From IMG/VR virus record IMGVR_UViG_2795385957_000004, positions 5,225-69,224 of that record: 64,000 nt of DNA, one strand, 5' to 3'. Source of the DNA: a virus. Under the pieces are notes generated by a model. That model searched no databases. It was given only the letters and a program-made list of their open reading frames with translations, and was not told the origin of the DNA. The translations under genes and the position numbers were made by a program. Shown piece by piece: positions 53,742-63,651 of this stretch (its first letter is position 1; each line of letters starts with the position of its first letter).

Positions 53742-55196
53742 ATGACGATGCCAGATGGGGGGACCGGCCTGACGCCTGGCGCAGGCTGGCTCCACCCTTT
53801 CACGGTAAAGAACGGAATGTCGCAGTTCGAGGGACGTACGCGGCCTTTCGTTGATGACTACTACAAGACGCAGATTCAGGGCTCTGATCCATGGAAAGCT
53901 GCTGCTAACACCTTCTTTCAGAACATTCTCAAGGGGTTCGGTGATCTACAGAACTTCTTGACTCTGGTGGTCAAGGCGGCGACGGGCGCTCCGGGTGGCC
54001 TGTTGGAGCTGACGGCGTTCTTCGCGGCGCGCTGGAATGACTTGGCCGATGCGTTCGAGCAGGCCATTGAGTCGATTGTTGGGTTGAAGTGGCTACGCGA
54101 CATTCTCACCGGGATCACCGGGGCCACCGATTCACAGGTGCAGAACTGGGTGACGCAGCTGTTGACGGCGGCGTCGAATCTGGATGCAGGCAAGGTAATT
54201 GGTCTATTGGCGGCGGCGGTCATCCCAGGATTGGATGCCTCCAAGATCACGTCAGGTCAGTTTGCGCAGTCGATGGTTGCCGGTCTGACGGGCGTGTTGG
54301 CCAACTTGGTTGACGGCCTGACGAAGGTCGGCAATGACCTTGGCTCAGTCATCAAGGGTTTGTTCGATGGCTGGTTCGGCGGTGGCGGTACCGGCAGCCC
54401 GCAGGAGGTCCAGTACACCATTCAGGCGATCAAAGATGCTGTCGTAAACGGCTACACCGTAACGACATTCGTTTCATCGCAGGTGAATTGGGCCACACCG
54501 CAGTGTACGGAGATGGTGGCCGTTCTGATTGGTGGCGGTCAAAATGGCGCCGATGGGGTGGACGGGCCTCAGGGGCCGGGGGCTCTAGGAGGTTCGCACG
54601 GTTCGTACATCGTGCAGCAGCTTGTGGTCGCTGATCTGCCACCCGCATTGGACATCCAAGTTGGCACGGCGGGCAATAGGTCGTATGTGCGGTCCGCGAA
54701 TGGATCTCACACGGGCACGATCATTGTTGAGTCTGGTCCTCATGGCTCGTTGGGTGGCACGGCCACCACGTTCGGCTATGCGGGAACAGCGTCTCAGCCA
54801 GGCAGTGGCGGTTTCGGCGCGGCTGGCGGCAACACCATTGGTGGTCGTGAACCGACGCCGGGTGGTCCCGGTGCGCCAAGTACTGCCGCTGCTGGAGGAA
54901 GCGCTGGAGCTGCTGGTGTCAATGCTGGTGACGGCGGGGACGGAGGCGCTGGCGGCAATGTCTCAGCCGGCGCGTTGACCAAGTGCGGCGGTGGCGGCGG
55001 TGGCGGCGGCGGTCGTGGTGGTGGCGGCGCAGCGTTCCAGAGCGCCGGCAACGGTGGCCGTGGCGGACCTGGCGGCTATCCGGGCGGCGGCGGTGGTGCC
55101 GGTGGCGGTCGTGGCCTGAATGCGACGTACGGCAACGGAAACCAGGGGCCTGGCGGGCCTGGCGCTACGGGTGTCGTGTGGTTGTTCTACAGGTAA
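53742..55196 (+). CDS. Minor tail protein, glycine-rich C-terminus
   Basis: IPGLDASKITSG motif; Gly-rich tail. Confidence 0.8.
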   Translation: MTMPDGGTGLTPGAGWLHPFTVKNGMSQFEGRTRPFVDDYYKTQIQGSDPWKAAANTFFQNILKGFGDLQNFLTLVVKAATGAPGGLLELTAFFAARWNDLADAFEQAIESIVGLKWLRDILTGITGATDSQVQNWVTQLLTAASNLDAGKVIGLLAAAVIPGLDASKITSGQFAQSMVAGLTGVLANLVDGLTKVGNDLGSVIKGLFDGWFGGGGTGSPQEVQYTIQAIKDAVVNGYTVTTFVSSQVNWATPQCTEMVAVLIGGGQNGADGVDGPQGPGALGGSHGSYIVQQLVVADLPPALDIQVGTAGNRSYVRSANGSHTGTIIVESGPHGSLGGTATTFGYAGTASQPGSGGFGAAGGNTIGGREPTPGGPGAPSTAAAGGSAGAAGVNAGDGGDGGAGGNVSAGALTKCGGGGGGGGGRGGGGAAFQSAGNGGRGGPGGYPGGGGGAGGGRGLNATYGNGNQGPGGPGATGVVWLFYR

Positions 55197-55209
55197 TCGA
55201 GGGGGATTG

Positions 55210-55536
55210 ATGATTACGGCCGAACTGGTAGCAGAAATGCTGCCGAACTATTGTCCGACGACGAACCACTACAAGTGTTCAGACGGCAAGTATCTGTTGG
55301 TCACCAAGCCAACGCTCGATGCTGTTGGGACACTGAATAAGACGTTGGGGATGACGGTTCCGGTGGCAGCGTCGCACCTGCCGATCCACGTCGATGTGTT
55401 CGCGTCCAATGCCAATGCCGAGGTTCTAGACGGCGATGGCGATCCGTCCAACGGACTGACGCCGATTGCGCACCTGGTGGCCCAGAGCCATGAGGCCGCG
55501 CTCAGGGAACTCGGATACATGCTGGCGGTGGGATAG
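55210..55536 (+). CDS. Hypothetical tail-region protein
   Basis: GAGGGGG RBS. Confidence 0.65.
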   Translation: MITAELVAEMLPNYCPTTNHYKCSDGKYLLVTKPTLDAVGTLNKTLGMTVPVAASHLPIHVDVFASNANAEVLDGDGDPSNGLTPIAHLVAQSHEAALRELGYMLAVG

Positions 55537-55701
55537 ATGGCAGAAGACGTGTACAAGCGAGGCGCAGTCAAGGCCTGCGAGTCGGCGGTTGCGATTAAGC
55601 GCCAAGACGGTTCGGGACCTATGTCGTGGGCGGTGATGACCGTCGAAAACGGTGGCCATTATGGCTCTTTCGATGAAGTCGCCGATTGGGAGGATAGGTG
55701 A
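55537..55701 (+). CDS. 54-aa hypothetical protein
   Basis: Abuts previous stop; not in the ORF track. Confidence 0.5.
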   Translation: MAEDVYKRGAVKACESAVAIKRQDGSGPMSWAVMTVENGGHYGSFDEVADWEDR

Positions 55702-55705
55702 GCCG

Positions 55706-55981
55706 ATGGCGTTGAAGAAGTTTGTCAAGGACCCTAACGCGGTACTTGACTACACGCTTGATTGGAGTGCGTGGCTCGCCCCTGGCGACACATTGGTGTC
55801 TGCGACGGCGACCGCTACGGCGGGGTTGACCGTTGATCAAACCGCGAACACCAATACCGAGGCAACGGTGTGGCTCTCCGGTGGCGGGGCGGGCACGACC
55901 TATGACGTGACGGTTCATGTGACGACCGCTGGTGGTCGCCAGGACGACCGAACGATTCAGATTCAGTGCAAGGAGTTGTAG
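55706..55981 (+). CDS. Tail fibre adaptor-like protein
   Basis: KDPNAVLDYTLDWS.WL...D...TVWLSGG..G..Y. Confidence 0.7.
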   Translation: MALKKFVKDPNAVLDYTLDWSAWLAPGDTLVSATATATAGLTVDQTANTNTEATVWLSGGGAGTTYDVTVHVTTAGGRQDDRTIQIQCKEL

Positions 55982-56111
55982 TGCAGAACGAAGACAATGT
56001 GCAGCTCTTGGTGATTCGGGCGTGGGCCGATGCTGAGGTAACGCGCGGCGAGCAGTTGGAGGACTAGCTAGCTCGGATGCGCTTCTAACAATTGAATAGG
56101 GAAAACTGAAT

Positions 56112-56501
56112 ATGGCTATTGGAATTTCTGTATCTGGGCTAGCCAACCGCATTCTTGACCATTTGCGTGGCGGTACCGCGTGGACGCAGCCAGCGACGTT
56201 GCGTGTGCAGTTGCATACGGGCGATCCTGGCGCGAACGGAACGGCGAATCTGTCTGCGGTGACGACCCGTTCGCAGGCGACGTACGGGCCTGCCGCTGGT
56301 GGCGCTATCGCGTTGACGGGCACGAATCCGTCATGGTCGATGACCGCTACCGAAGACATCAAGTACATCTCCGTTTGGGATTCCGCTACCGGGGGTGTGT
56401 TCTTGTGGTCGGCACAGTTGGCAGTCGTTAAGAGTGTGCAGGCGGGCGACTCGTTGACGTTGACGAGTTGTGGTCTGTCGCTTGGGCCTTTGGCGGCGTA
56501 A
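56112..56501 (+). CDS. Tail fibre-associated protein
   Basis: LHTGDPGANGT...WDSATGG.FL pattern. Confidence 0.7.
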   Translation: MAIGISVSGLANRILDHLRGGTAWTQPATLRVQLHTGDPGANGTANLSAVTTRSQATYGPAAGGAIALTGTNPSWSMTATEDIKYISVWDSATGGVFLWSAQLAVVKSVQAGDSLTLTSCGLSLGPLAA

Positions 56502-58091
56502 ATGGCGTTGGGGCTGACGACGATTACGGCGGTCGGCTCTTACACCTACACCTTGCCTCCGGAAGCCAACCGCGTCGATGTGATCCTCATCGGCGGCGGT
56601 GGCGGCGGGGGCGGCGGTGATGGCGGACAGGCCACGACAGGTGAGGGTGGCAAGAAGGGCACGTGGCAGAGCTACACCCTGATTCGCTCCGATGGCGGGG
56701 CGTGGGCTGCCGCGTCGGTGAGCGGCATGGTGGGGGCTGCGGGGCCAGCCAGCCCTAGCAAAGAGACGGCTGGAGGTGCGGGTGGTCAAACGTCAGCGAC
56801 CTTCAATGGTTCAACGGTCACCGCCACTGGTGGTGCCGGCGGCGCGGGCGCATATGCCGGCAATGGGAAGAACACACCAGGTGAGAGTCCGGGAAACACC
56901 ACCTATAACGGGCAGACCTATAGCGGGGGCACGGGAGGGTCCACGAATACCGCTGGTACTGCTCCTGGCGCTGGTGGCGGGCCGGGATCAGGTGGAATCT
57001 TCGGGTCGGCTAATCCGGGCAAAGCCGGGGGAGCTGGTCGCGTGTGGTTCTACGCCTGGTACGAGCCGGTTGCTTGGACGGCTGACACATCGTTGGCGGT
57101 AGGCGTCGGCGCGAATGCCGGTGTGCGTTCGAGCTTCTTGGCCTCGGCAGCATTGGCCGTTATGACGGCGGCGAATGTTGTCGGTTCACGGGCAATGTCA
57201 GCCAGCGCGAATCTCGGTGTAGCCGCGACGCCTTCAACAGGGCCGAAGTACCTGGCGAATGCGCAAAGCAATCTGGTGATAAACGGTGTCTTCACCGGCA
57301 CGGTAACGAAGGTGCTCAATGGCGTTGTGAGTCTGGCTATTTCGGCTCAGACCTCGGCTGCGGCGACCGAGCACGATGTTGCGGATTCCGACTTGACCGT
57401 GAGCATCTCGCCGTCTGCCGGTATGGCGTCGAGCCAGGGCTTTGAGGGGTCATTGGCTGTTGCCGCTGCCATGGCTGCTGCGGCATCGCGCGGACAGAAT
57501 CTTGCTGCGGCGCTGAGCCTGGAAGCGGTTCCGAGCGCATCGGTGACCTACAGGGGCGGCGCTGATTCCAGCTTGGCCGTCAATGTGTTTCCCGAGGCGT
57601 CGGCGGCGCGCGATGCTCGCGCAGGGGTGAACCTTGACATGGCGGTCGCGGCCAACGTTGACGGTGTTGGTGGCGATACCGGCGACGTGGCACTGGAGGT
57701 GTCGGCGCAATTGACGGCCTCGGCGTTGGTTGCGCGACGCGCACGCGCTGACCTCGGCGGGTTGTTCATGTCGGACGCGGATTTGGTGGCGCTCTGGGAG
57801 GCGAGCGCCGACCTGGACGTTGTTGCGGCGATGTACGTCCGCTTCGACAGTCCACGCGAGATTGTCGATGTTGCATTCGAGGATCGCGCGGTGTTCGTAC
57901 TGGCCGATGACCGCTACCTGGTGGTCGGTCCAGATGGCAGAGCGGTGACAGTCCAGTTTCAGGAGCGCTCCGCCCTTGTTGACGGCGAAGTGTTCCGTGT
58001 CGAGGTTGCGGGGGAATCTCGACGTGTTGTTGTCGCCGGAGAGTTGCGTGTCTGTGCCGTGCCTCCGGAGGTGACTAATAGCACCGTTTAG
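56502..58091 (+). CDS. Minor tail protein (Gly-rich head, Ala-rich repeats)
   Basis: VILIGGGGGGG; periodic Ala/Leu repeats. Confidence 0.75.
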   Translation: MALGLTTITAVGSYTYTLPPEANRVDVILIGGGGGGGGGDGGQATTGEGGKKGTWQSYTLIRSDGGAWAAASVSGMVGAAGPASPSKETAGGAGGQTSATFNGSTVTATGGAGGAGAYAGNGKNTPGESPGNTTYNGQTYSGGTGGSTNTAGTAPGAGGGPGSGGIFGSANPGKAGGAGRVWFYAWYEPVAWTADTSLAVGVGANAGVRSSFLASAALAVMTAANVVGSRAMSASANLGVAATPSTGPKYLANAQSNLVINGVFTGTVTKVLNGVVSLAISAQTSAAATEHDVADSDLTVSISPSAGMASSQGFEGSLAVAAAMAAAASRGQNLAAALSLEAVPSASVTYRGGADSSLAVNVFPEASAARDARAGVNLDMAVAANVDGVGGDTGDVALEVSAQLTASALVARRARADLGGLFMSDADLVALWEASADLDVVAAMYVRFDSPREIVDVAFEDRAVFVLADDRYLVVGPDGRAVTVQFQERSALVDGEVFRVEVAGESRRVVVAGELRVCAVPPEVTNSTV

Positions 58092-58104
58092 GGGGTGTTT
58101 TTAA

Positions 58105-59043
58105 TTGTTGAGTATTAACCCGATCATGGACTCTTTGAGTTTGTCAAAGGGTGCGAGTTTGGATATTCCGTCCCATCGGTTGCGTGGCGATTTCCCTGCG
58201 GGCACCGAGGCTGCACTTGTTTTTACCGATTCTGCCGGCGCAGAGTTGGGCACGTTCGAAGGCTCTGTGGATAAGGTTGGTGTTTCCTTTCTGGAGGAAC
58301 CGGCCACCGTCAAGGACATTCGGCATGGTGACAACTTTCAAGTGTTTCTGACGTTGCCTGATGGGCGCGTGGAGCTATATCGGTATGGGACCGTTGTTCG
58401 CGATGAGCCGAAGTATCCGCTTGAACGAATTATCGATCCAGAGGACACGGCCAAGCAGTACAAGGCGAATTTCCGTGGTAAGTACATCGGCCCGATGTGG
58501 CGTCCCATGGGCGGTACGGGGTCGTTGGAGATTCACGAGCATGCGCTGATTTCACAAGACCCGTCTATGGGTCCGAAGTATCCGCTGTTCACGTCGGCGG
58601 CTGCGCGTTGGTTATGGCCGATGAATATGGATTCGGTAACCATTGTGGTCAAGGTTCTCAATGTCGGAGCGGGAAAGTTCAACGTCGTTGTCTGCTCGGA
58701 TTACGCGATGCAAACCTATATGGGCATCCAGTTCGAGACCGGCATTGTGAACAACAAGGTTCACGTCATCACAGGTAACGGGCCGGTGGCATGGGACTAC
58801 CAGGGCGATCCGGTGGACAACACGACCGCCAACGGCGACGTGTACACGATCAAGTACAGCTTTCTGGCCAACACGCTGGCCTGCTATAAGGGCACTTCTT
58901 TGTCGCCGCTTATCGAGTGGGCTGATACGGGGAATTTGATTCCGCATGGTGAGGGGTTCCGCTATACGGGCCTTTCGTGGAATACCGCGCTGTTGTCGCC
59001 GGGTGTCGAGCCCACGGCCTGGGAAGCGAAAGACGGTGTGTAG
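58105..59043 (+). CDS. Minor tail protein
   Basis: Position; LSLSKG..., YGTVVR, HGEGFRY.G motifs. Confidence 0.7.
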   Translation: MLSINPIMDSLSLSKGASLDIPSHRLRGDFPAGTEAALVFTDSAGAELGTFEGSVDKVGVSFLEEPATVKDIRHGDNFQVFLTLPDGRVELYRYGTVVRDEPKYPLERIIDPEDTAKQYKANFRGKYIGPMWRPMGGTGSLEIHEHALISQDPSMGPKYPLFTSAAARWLWPMNMDSVTIVVKVLNVGAGKFNVVVCSDYAMQTYMGIQFETGIVNNKVHVITGNGPVAWDYQGDPVDNTTANGDVYTIKYSFLANTLACYKGTSLSPLIEWADTGNLIPHGEGFRYTGLSWNTALLSPGVEPTAWEAKDGV

Positions 59044-59270
59044 TGGGCATTTCTGAACGTATTGACAAGTTTCAGGTTGCTATTGCGGACAAGATCGCGG
59101 AGAAGGTTGCAGAGCGCATTCCTGGTATTGCGAATCATATTTCAGATTCGATCATTGATGAGTTGGGTGATCTCGCCGAGGGTATTTCCAAGGGGATCAT
59201 TTCGCAGGTGTCGGGGTCGATTAAGGATTTCATCGATAAGTTGAATCCGTTTAGGCGTATTGGGGGGTAA
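59043..59270 (+). CDS. Small amphipathic protein before lysin A
   Basis: GTG overlaps the previous stop; TAATG overlap with lysin A. Confidence 0.6.
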   Translation: MGISERIDKFQVAIADKIAEKVAERIPGIANHISDSIIDELGDLAEGISKGIISQVSGSIKDFIDKLNPFRRIGG

Positions 59271-60424
59271 TGGGTTCAAAGGATGACTATGCGCGTGCGA
59301 TTATCGCGGAAGGTAAGCGCAGGGGGATTTCCCCGCTCGGTATTCAGATCGGATTGGCGACTGTTTATGTGGAATCGGATTTCATCATGTATGCCAATGA
59401 AGACGATCCGGAATCATTGAATTATCCGCATGAGGCGTTGTCTGAGGATGCGAACTCGACTGGATTGTTTCAGCAGCGTGCCCCGTGGTGGGGAACTGTA
59501 GCCGACCGCATGGACGCTACCCGCTCTGCCGGTTTGTTCTTTGCGGCACTAGCCAAGCTTGACTACAACAACCCGGCTCGCAGTCCCGGTTCATATGCGC
59601 AGGCCGTGCAGAAGTCGGCGTTTCCAGATCGGTATGACAAGCGGTTCAACGACGCCGTTGCTTTGTACAACAGGCTGGAGGCGAGTGTTGTGGTTGATCG
59701 GCCAGATTTCAATGAGTATCCGATCTGGTCGGACAACAACCAGAGCCGTGGCGGCGTGAAGGTTGACCTGTTCCTGCTTCATACGCAAGAAGGGGACAGC
59801 AATGCCGACCAGTTGGCCCGCTACTGCGGAAACCCGGCTCCAGGCGGCGATCCGAAAAAGGCTGTCTCGTACCACTACACAGTGAGTGAGGACGCTCACG
59901 ATCACGGGGTGACGGTTGTCGATGTCGTTGACACGGACTACGCGTCGTGGTCGGTAGGGAACGCGAACAACCGGTCAATCAACCTGTGTTTCGCGGGATC
60001 TAGGGCTGCGTGGACGCGTCAGGACTGGTTGGCTAAGGCGCCCAAGGCTATTGCGACTGCGGCGTACTTGGCTGCTCAGGACTGCAAGAAGTATGGAATC
60101 AAGCCGTTCGTGATCGTTCCGCCGTATGACGCTGATCCTCCGGGGATTTCAGATCACCGGTACGTGACTGAGCACTTGGGGTGGGGAACGCACACTGACG
60201 TTGGAGACGGGTTTCCTTGGGATGTCTTTATCGCTGCCGTGAACAAGTATTCCGGAAACGTGACTGTAACACCAGGATTCACGTATCCCTCGACTGAGGT
60301 CATGATCCGTGAGATTTGGGAGCAGCTTCGTGGGCCTGAGGCGAAGGGTTGGCCGCAGCTCGGCAAGAACGCCAAGGGGGAGAACCTGTCCCTGGTTGAC
60401 GCTATCGCAAAGTTGGTGGCGTAA
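59270..60424 (+). CDS. Lysin A (lysozyme-like N-domain + amidase-2 + C-terminal module)
   Basis: VES..STGLFQQ...AQAVQKSAFPDRY; LLHTQEG, SYHY, SINLCFAG, ISDH, HTDVG. Confidence 0.88.
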   Translation: MGSKDDYARAIIAEGKRRGISPLGIQIGLATVYVESDFIMYANEDDPESLNYPHEALSEDANSTGLFQQRAPWWGTVADRMDATRSAGLFFAALAKLDYNNPARSPGSYAQAVQKSAFPDRYDKRFNDAVALYNRLEASVVVDRPDFNEYPIWSDNNQSRGGVKVDLFLLHTQEGDSNADQLARYCGNPAPGGDPKKAVSYHYTVSEDAHDHGVTVVDVVDTDYASWSVGNANNRSINLCFAGSRAAWTRQDWLAKAPKAIATAAYLAAQDCKKYGIKPFVIVPPYDADPPGISDHRYVTEHLGWGTHTDVGDGFPWDVFIAAVNKYSGNVTVTPGFTYPSTEVMIREIWEQLRGPEAKGWPQLGKNAKGENLSLVDAIAKLVA

Positions 60425-61509
60425 TGGCTTGGCGTGGCTACGAATTGGGCATGACCGACCCCAGAGAAGTGGACGGGAACATTGTTCCGGGTGGCATGAT
60501 CTGGCAGGTTCAGGACAAGCTAAAGCGGAAGTATGCGAGCTACACCGATGCCGTGGTGGTGTCTGGACGATATGACGGCGCGACGTTTGCCGCTGTCGGG
60601 GAGTTCCAGAATCGGGCCGGACTGATCGGTAACGGCGTCAAGCTGGACGAGGTTGGTATCGCGAACTACACAACGTTGGTTCGGATGGGTGTTGTCGCCA
60701 CGACGCCACCTCGGGCACCGCTGACGATTTTCACCGCTGCCGGCACCTGGTCGGATATGTGGACCGGTTTGCAAGCCGATGTTGCTCGGGACCTTGACCG
60801 GCGCTACTTCTTTTGGCAGCCGATCTGGTATCCGGCCTCCTTTGGTCCGGTCGGTGGTGGGCCTGCTCCGAGCTACGAGGAATCGGTAGCCCTCGGCGTT
60901 GAGGAAGGCATTCGCCTTATCAAGGCCACACCGGGCCAGTTCGCGTTGTGCGGCTACAGCCAGGGCGCTGAGGTAGTTGCCCGGATTCTGATTGAACTGG
61001 TCTCAGGGCGGCTCCGGGACCGGCTAACGGACTGTCTGTGGTTCGTTACCTTCGGCAACCCGGCGCGGCAACCCGGCGTCTGTGTGGGTCGTGATCCTGG
61101 CGGCTCGGGTATCTCGGGTATCCGGTTCGCGGTCCCGGCGTCGGTGACGGTGCTGGACTACGCGATTGACGGCGACATGTACTGCACCACACCGGATGGC
61201 ACCGAGGGCGGTACCAACATGCGGGCGGTCTACAAGGCATTGACGAAGATGCAGATCCACGATCCGGGCCGGGACATCATTTCGGCGCTGACGGGCGATC
61301 CGTCGCTGATGCGCCAGTTGATCAAGCTGTTCAGCGATCCAGTCAAGGGTGGGATCGGTCTGGTTGACGCGTTGTTCCGGCTTGCGAAGTTCGCGATCAC
61401 CGGGGCGCATGGCCGCTACGGGCAGTACGAGGTGTTTCCGGGGATCACGCCGGTTCGGCATGCGATTGAAACATTGAATGCGGATGCCGCACGATTGTTG
61501 GCGGCGTAG
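60424..61509 (+). CDS. Lysin B (mycolylarabinogalactan esterase)
   Basis: PG-binding N-terminus; cutinase GYSQGA, FGNP.R, GDMY, H..Y. Confidence 0.88.
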   Translation: MAWRGYELGMTDPREVDGNIVPGGMIWQVQDKLKRKYASYTDAVVVSGRYDGATFAAVGEFQNRAGLIGNGVKLDEVGIANYTTLVRMGVVATTPPRAPLTIFTAAGTWSDMWTGLQADVARDLDRRYFFWQPIWYPASFGPVGGGPAPSYEESVALGVEEGIRLIKATPGQFALCGYSQGAEVVARILIELVSGRLRDRLTDCLWFVTFGNPARQPGVCVGRDPGGSGISGIRFAVPASVTVLDYAIDGDMYCTTPDGTEGGTNMRAVYKALTKMQIHDPGRDIISALTGDPSLMRQLIKLFSDPVKGGIGLVDALFRLAKFAITGAHGRYGQYEVFPGITPVRHAIETLNADAARLLAA

Positions 61510-61524
61510 ATAAGGGGGCCAGCG

Positions 61525-61995
61525 TTGTTGGTTTTTGATGAACAGATTCCGGCCTTGAGCGATGAGTTCGAGGACGATGAGGTAGCGCTATTGGCGGTCC
61601 GTGGCGGGCGTGTCGATAAGCACTTCCGACGCAACTATTCGTGGGCCAAGCACGCAGCCGATCGTGGGAAGCTATCGAAAATCCGTGTTGTAGTGGAGAT
61701 TACGGCGGATTCTTGGGTGCATACCGTGGGCGCTGTTACCTCGGCGCTGTCCGGTCAGAAGCTCCATGGCAGCGGTGAGTTCCGGGTGCTGACGCCGACG
61801 AGCGTCAGTGGCGGCGTAACTGCCCAGAAGGTGCAAGAAGCGTTGAAGGAGCTGGCACCGATTCGACCGTTCGTTGTCGCTTCCGAGGCCGATGTGAAGC
61901 CTGCCCCGCGTGGGAATGACTCACGCGCCAAGGCGGCTGTCGAGAAGAAGAAGGAGGGGACGCTTAATGAAGGTGTTCGGGCGCAAGCCATCTGA
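61525..61995 (+). CDS. Hypothetical protein
   Basis: AAGGGGG RBS. Confidence 0.55.
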   Translation: MLVFDEQIPALSDEFEDDEVALLAVRGGRVDKHFRRNYSWAKHAADRGKLSKIRVVVEITADSWVHTVGAVTSALSGQKLHGSGEFRVLTPTSVSGGVTAQKVQEALKELAPIRPFVVASEADVKPAPRGNDSRAKAAVEKKKEGTLNEGVRAQAI

Positions 61996-62188
61996 CCTGC
62001 GCAAGACTGCGGTGGTCGTGCTGGGAGCGCTGACGGTGCTCGTCGCTGCGGTACCAGCTGGATTGCCTGCACAGCTAGCGGGGGCGATTGCAGCTGCTGG
62101 CCTGGCAGTGAAGGCATTGCATTTGTATTTGACGAATCCGAGCGTCGCAGACTTGATCGACTCCACCGACGACGTTTCGTCAGGTTAG
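61967..62188 (+). CDS. Holin (2 TM)
   Basis: Two hydrophobic helices in the lysis cassette. Confidence 0.65.
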   Translation: MKVFGRKPSDLRKTAVVVLGALTVLVAAVPAGLPAQLAGAIAAAGLAVKALHLYLTNPSVADLIDSTDDVSSG

Positions 62189-62197
62189 GGGTAGTCG

Positions 62198-62614
62198 GTG
62201 GAGGCGGAGTGGGCGAATCTCCTTGCAGCGCACTGGCCCTCGGTGACGTTGGTTGCTGCACTGTTGTTCGGGATTTCTATCTGTGTCCGCTTTCTGGCGT
62301 TGACTTCCGAGTCATTTAGCAGGGCGCTGGGTCCGATTGGAAAGTTCATTCGGACCCGGCGCGCTCTATCCAAGGCTGAGGCTGACCTGTTGCGCGATCA
62401 GGTTGTTGCCTTGGATGGCCGGGTGAGGTCGTTGTTGTATCGGGATGAGTGTTATTTCGCGTACATGCTGGCCGATCAGGAATGGCACCACCGGCAGGAA
62501 TTGCTTGCCGCTGCTCAGGGCTGGGCGCTGGAGCGTCATATGCCGTTCCTTGAGTTCCGCGATAAGTGGATGCGCGAACGCGGACTAGAGAAGGAACTTG
62601 AGCTTTGGAGGTAA
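62198..62614 (+). CDS. 1-TM lysis-cassette membrane protein
   Basis: N-terminal TM plus coiled coil. Confidence 0.65.
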   Translation: MEAEWANLLAAHWPSVTLVAALLFGISICVRFLALTSESFSRALGPIGKFIRTRRALSKAEADLLRDQVVALDGRVRSLLYRDECYFAYMLADQEWHHRQELLAAAQGWALERHMPFLEFRDKWMRERGLEKELELWR

Positions 62615-62871
62615 CAATCTATTCACCGGATGCCGCATGTCAGGCATGCCGAATGACGAAACTAAGACTCGATAAGCACGGCGTTCACTATGTGGGCGTT
62701 ACCGCTGACGCCGGTCAGATCGCGGCGTTCAAGGCAGATGGACATCAGAGTTTTCCGGTGGTGGTGGTGGATTGTGGCGATGGCGCTACGTGGACATGGG
62801 CCGGCTTCCGGCCCGACCACATTGAGCGACTGTCGAACATGTCACGGAAGGACGCGCCGGCAGCGGCGTAA
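62605..62871 (+). CDS. nrdH: NrdH-like glutaredoxin
   Basis: VTIYS...CQACRMTK...PVV...WAGFRPD.I. Confidence 0.85.
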   Translation: MEVTIYSPDAACQACRMTKLRLDKHGVHYVGVTADAGQIAAFKADGHQSFPVVVVDCGDGATWTWAGFRPDHIERLSNMSRKDAPAAA

Positions 62872-62888
62872 GCGAGTTTCACAGACTA

Positions 62889-62950
62889 GAAGGGCACCGT
62901 GTGCTCCCCCTTGTTTCCCCTGGGGGTTGATCACGCGGTGCCCTTCTTTT
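62889..62950 (+). terminator. Terminator ending the late operon (possibly bidirectional)
   Basis: GAAGGGCACCGTGTG/CACGCGGTGCCCTTC followed by TTTT; between convergent genes. Confidence 0.7.
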
Positions 62951-63290
62951 ACGCGTTTGAACTCTTGTCGGCGGGCTTGGCGTCCACGTCAACGTCGAAG
63001 TAGATCCCCCGGTCGTCCAAGCGAGGTCACCGTGGTTGTCACTCCCCATAGGACGCCCTCACGGTCGGTGATCCACCACCGCTGCGTAGCGCCCTTCTCT
63101 CCCCCCTTAGAGATCCGTCGCACCTAGTCGAGGTAGGCCACGCGCTAGTCTTGTGGCGGAGAGTGTCCGAAACCCTATCCGCCAGAAGGAATCTGTCGAT
63201 ACTCCGGTCGTGGCCGAAATGAATACTCCTTGAGCAGCCAGTGAGCACGACGGTGCCAGCCACCAACACCGACCCGACTATCGTCTTCAT
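62949..63290 (-). pseudogene. Frameshifted DUF4333-family lipoprotein
   Basis: Lipobox LTGC and CDGSLRG in one frame, EKGATQR..ITDREGVLWGVTTTVTS in a second, LDDRGIYFDVDVD back in the first frame after a stop; parallels the two intact neighbours. Confidence 0.65.
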
Positions 63291-63646
63291 GACGGCAAGT
63301 TGGACGTCTGCGTTGGAGCGTAGTTGAACTTGATGTTGCCATCCCCGGTGACCGACTTCGTTGTTACCAATACGTCGTAGTGGACGCCTTCGTCGTCAAT
63401 GATCTTGCACTTCTGGGTTGCGCCCACCTCGCCCCTAAGCGGCCCTTCACAACCCACGCTCTGCAAGACGTAGCCTTGCTTCTCTTTAACCGCGTCCGCG
63501 AGGGCCTTCTCTAGTCCCGCCTGGGTAAGCTGCGGGGCCTGGTTGGCCTGCTCTTTATCAGGGTTTGAGAAGAACCTCACCTGGCAACCCGAGAGGGTCA
63601 CAGTCAGTAGTGCGGCCCCAATTGCCAAGCTAGCCTTCATCTTCAC
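63287..63646 (-). CDS. DUF4333-family lipoprotein
   Basis: Lipobox LSGC; SVGCEGPLRGEVGATQKC. Confidence 0.8.
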   Translation of the reverse strand: MKMKASLAIGAALLTVTLSGCQVRFFSNPDKEQANQAPQLTQAGLEKALADAVKEKQGYVLQSVGCEGPLRGEVGATQKCKIIDDEGVHYDVLVTTKSVTGDGNIKFNYAPTQTSNLPS

Positions 63647-63651
63647 CGGGC

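Noticed and set aside
54780..57060. PE-PGRS-like glycine-rich repeats
   Set aside because: They lie within minor tail proteins; no PE domain.
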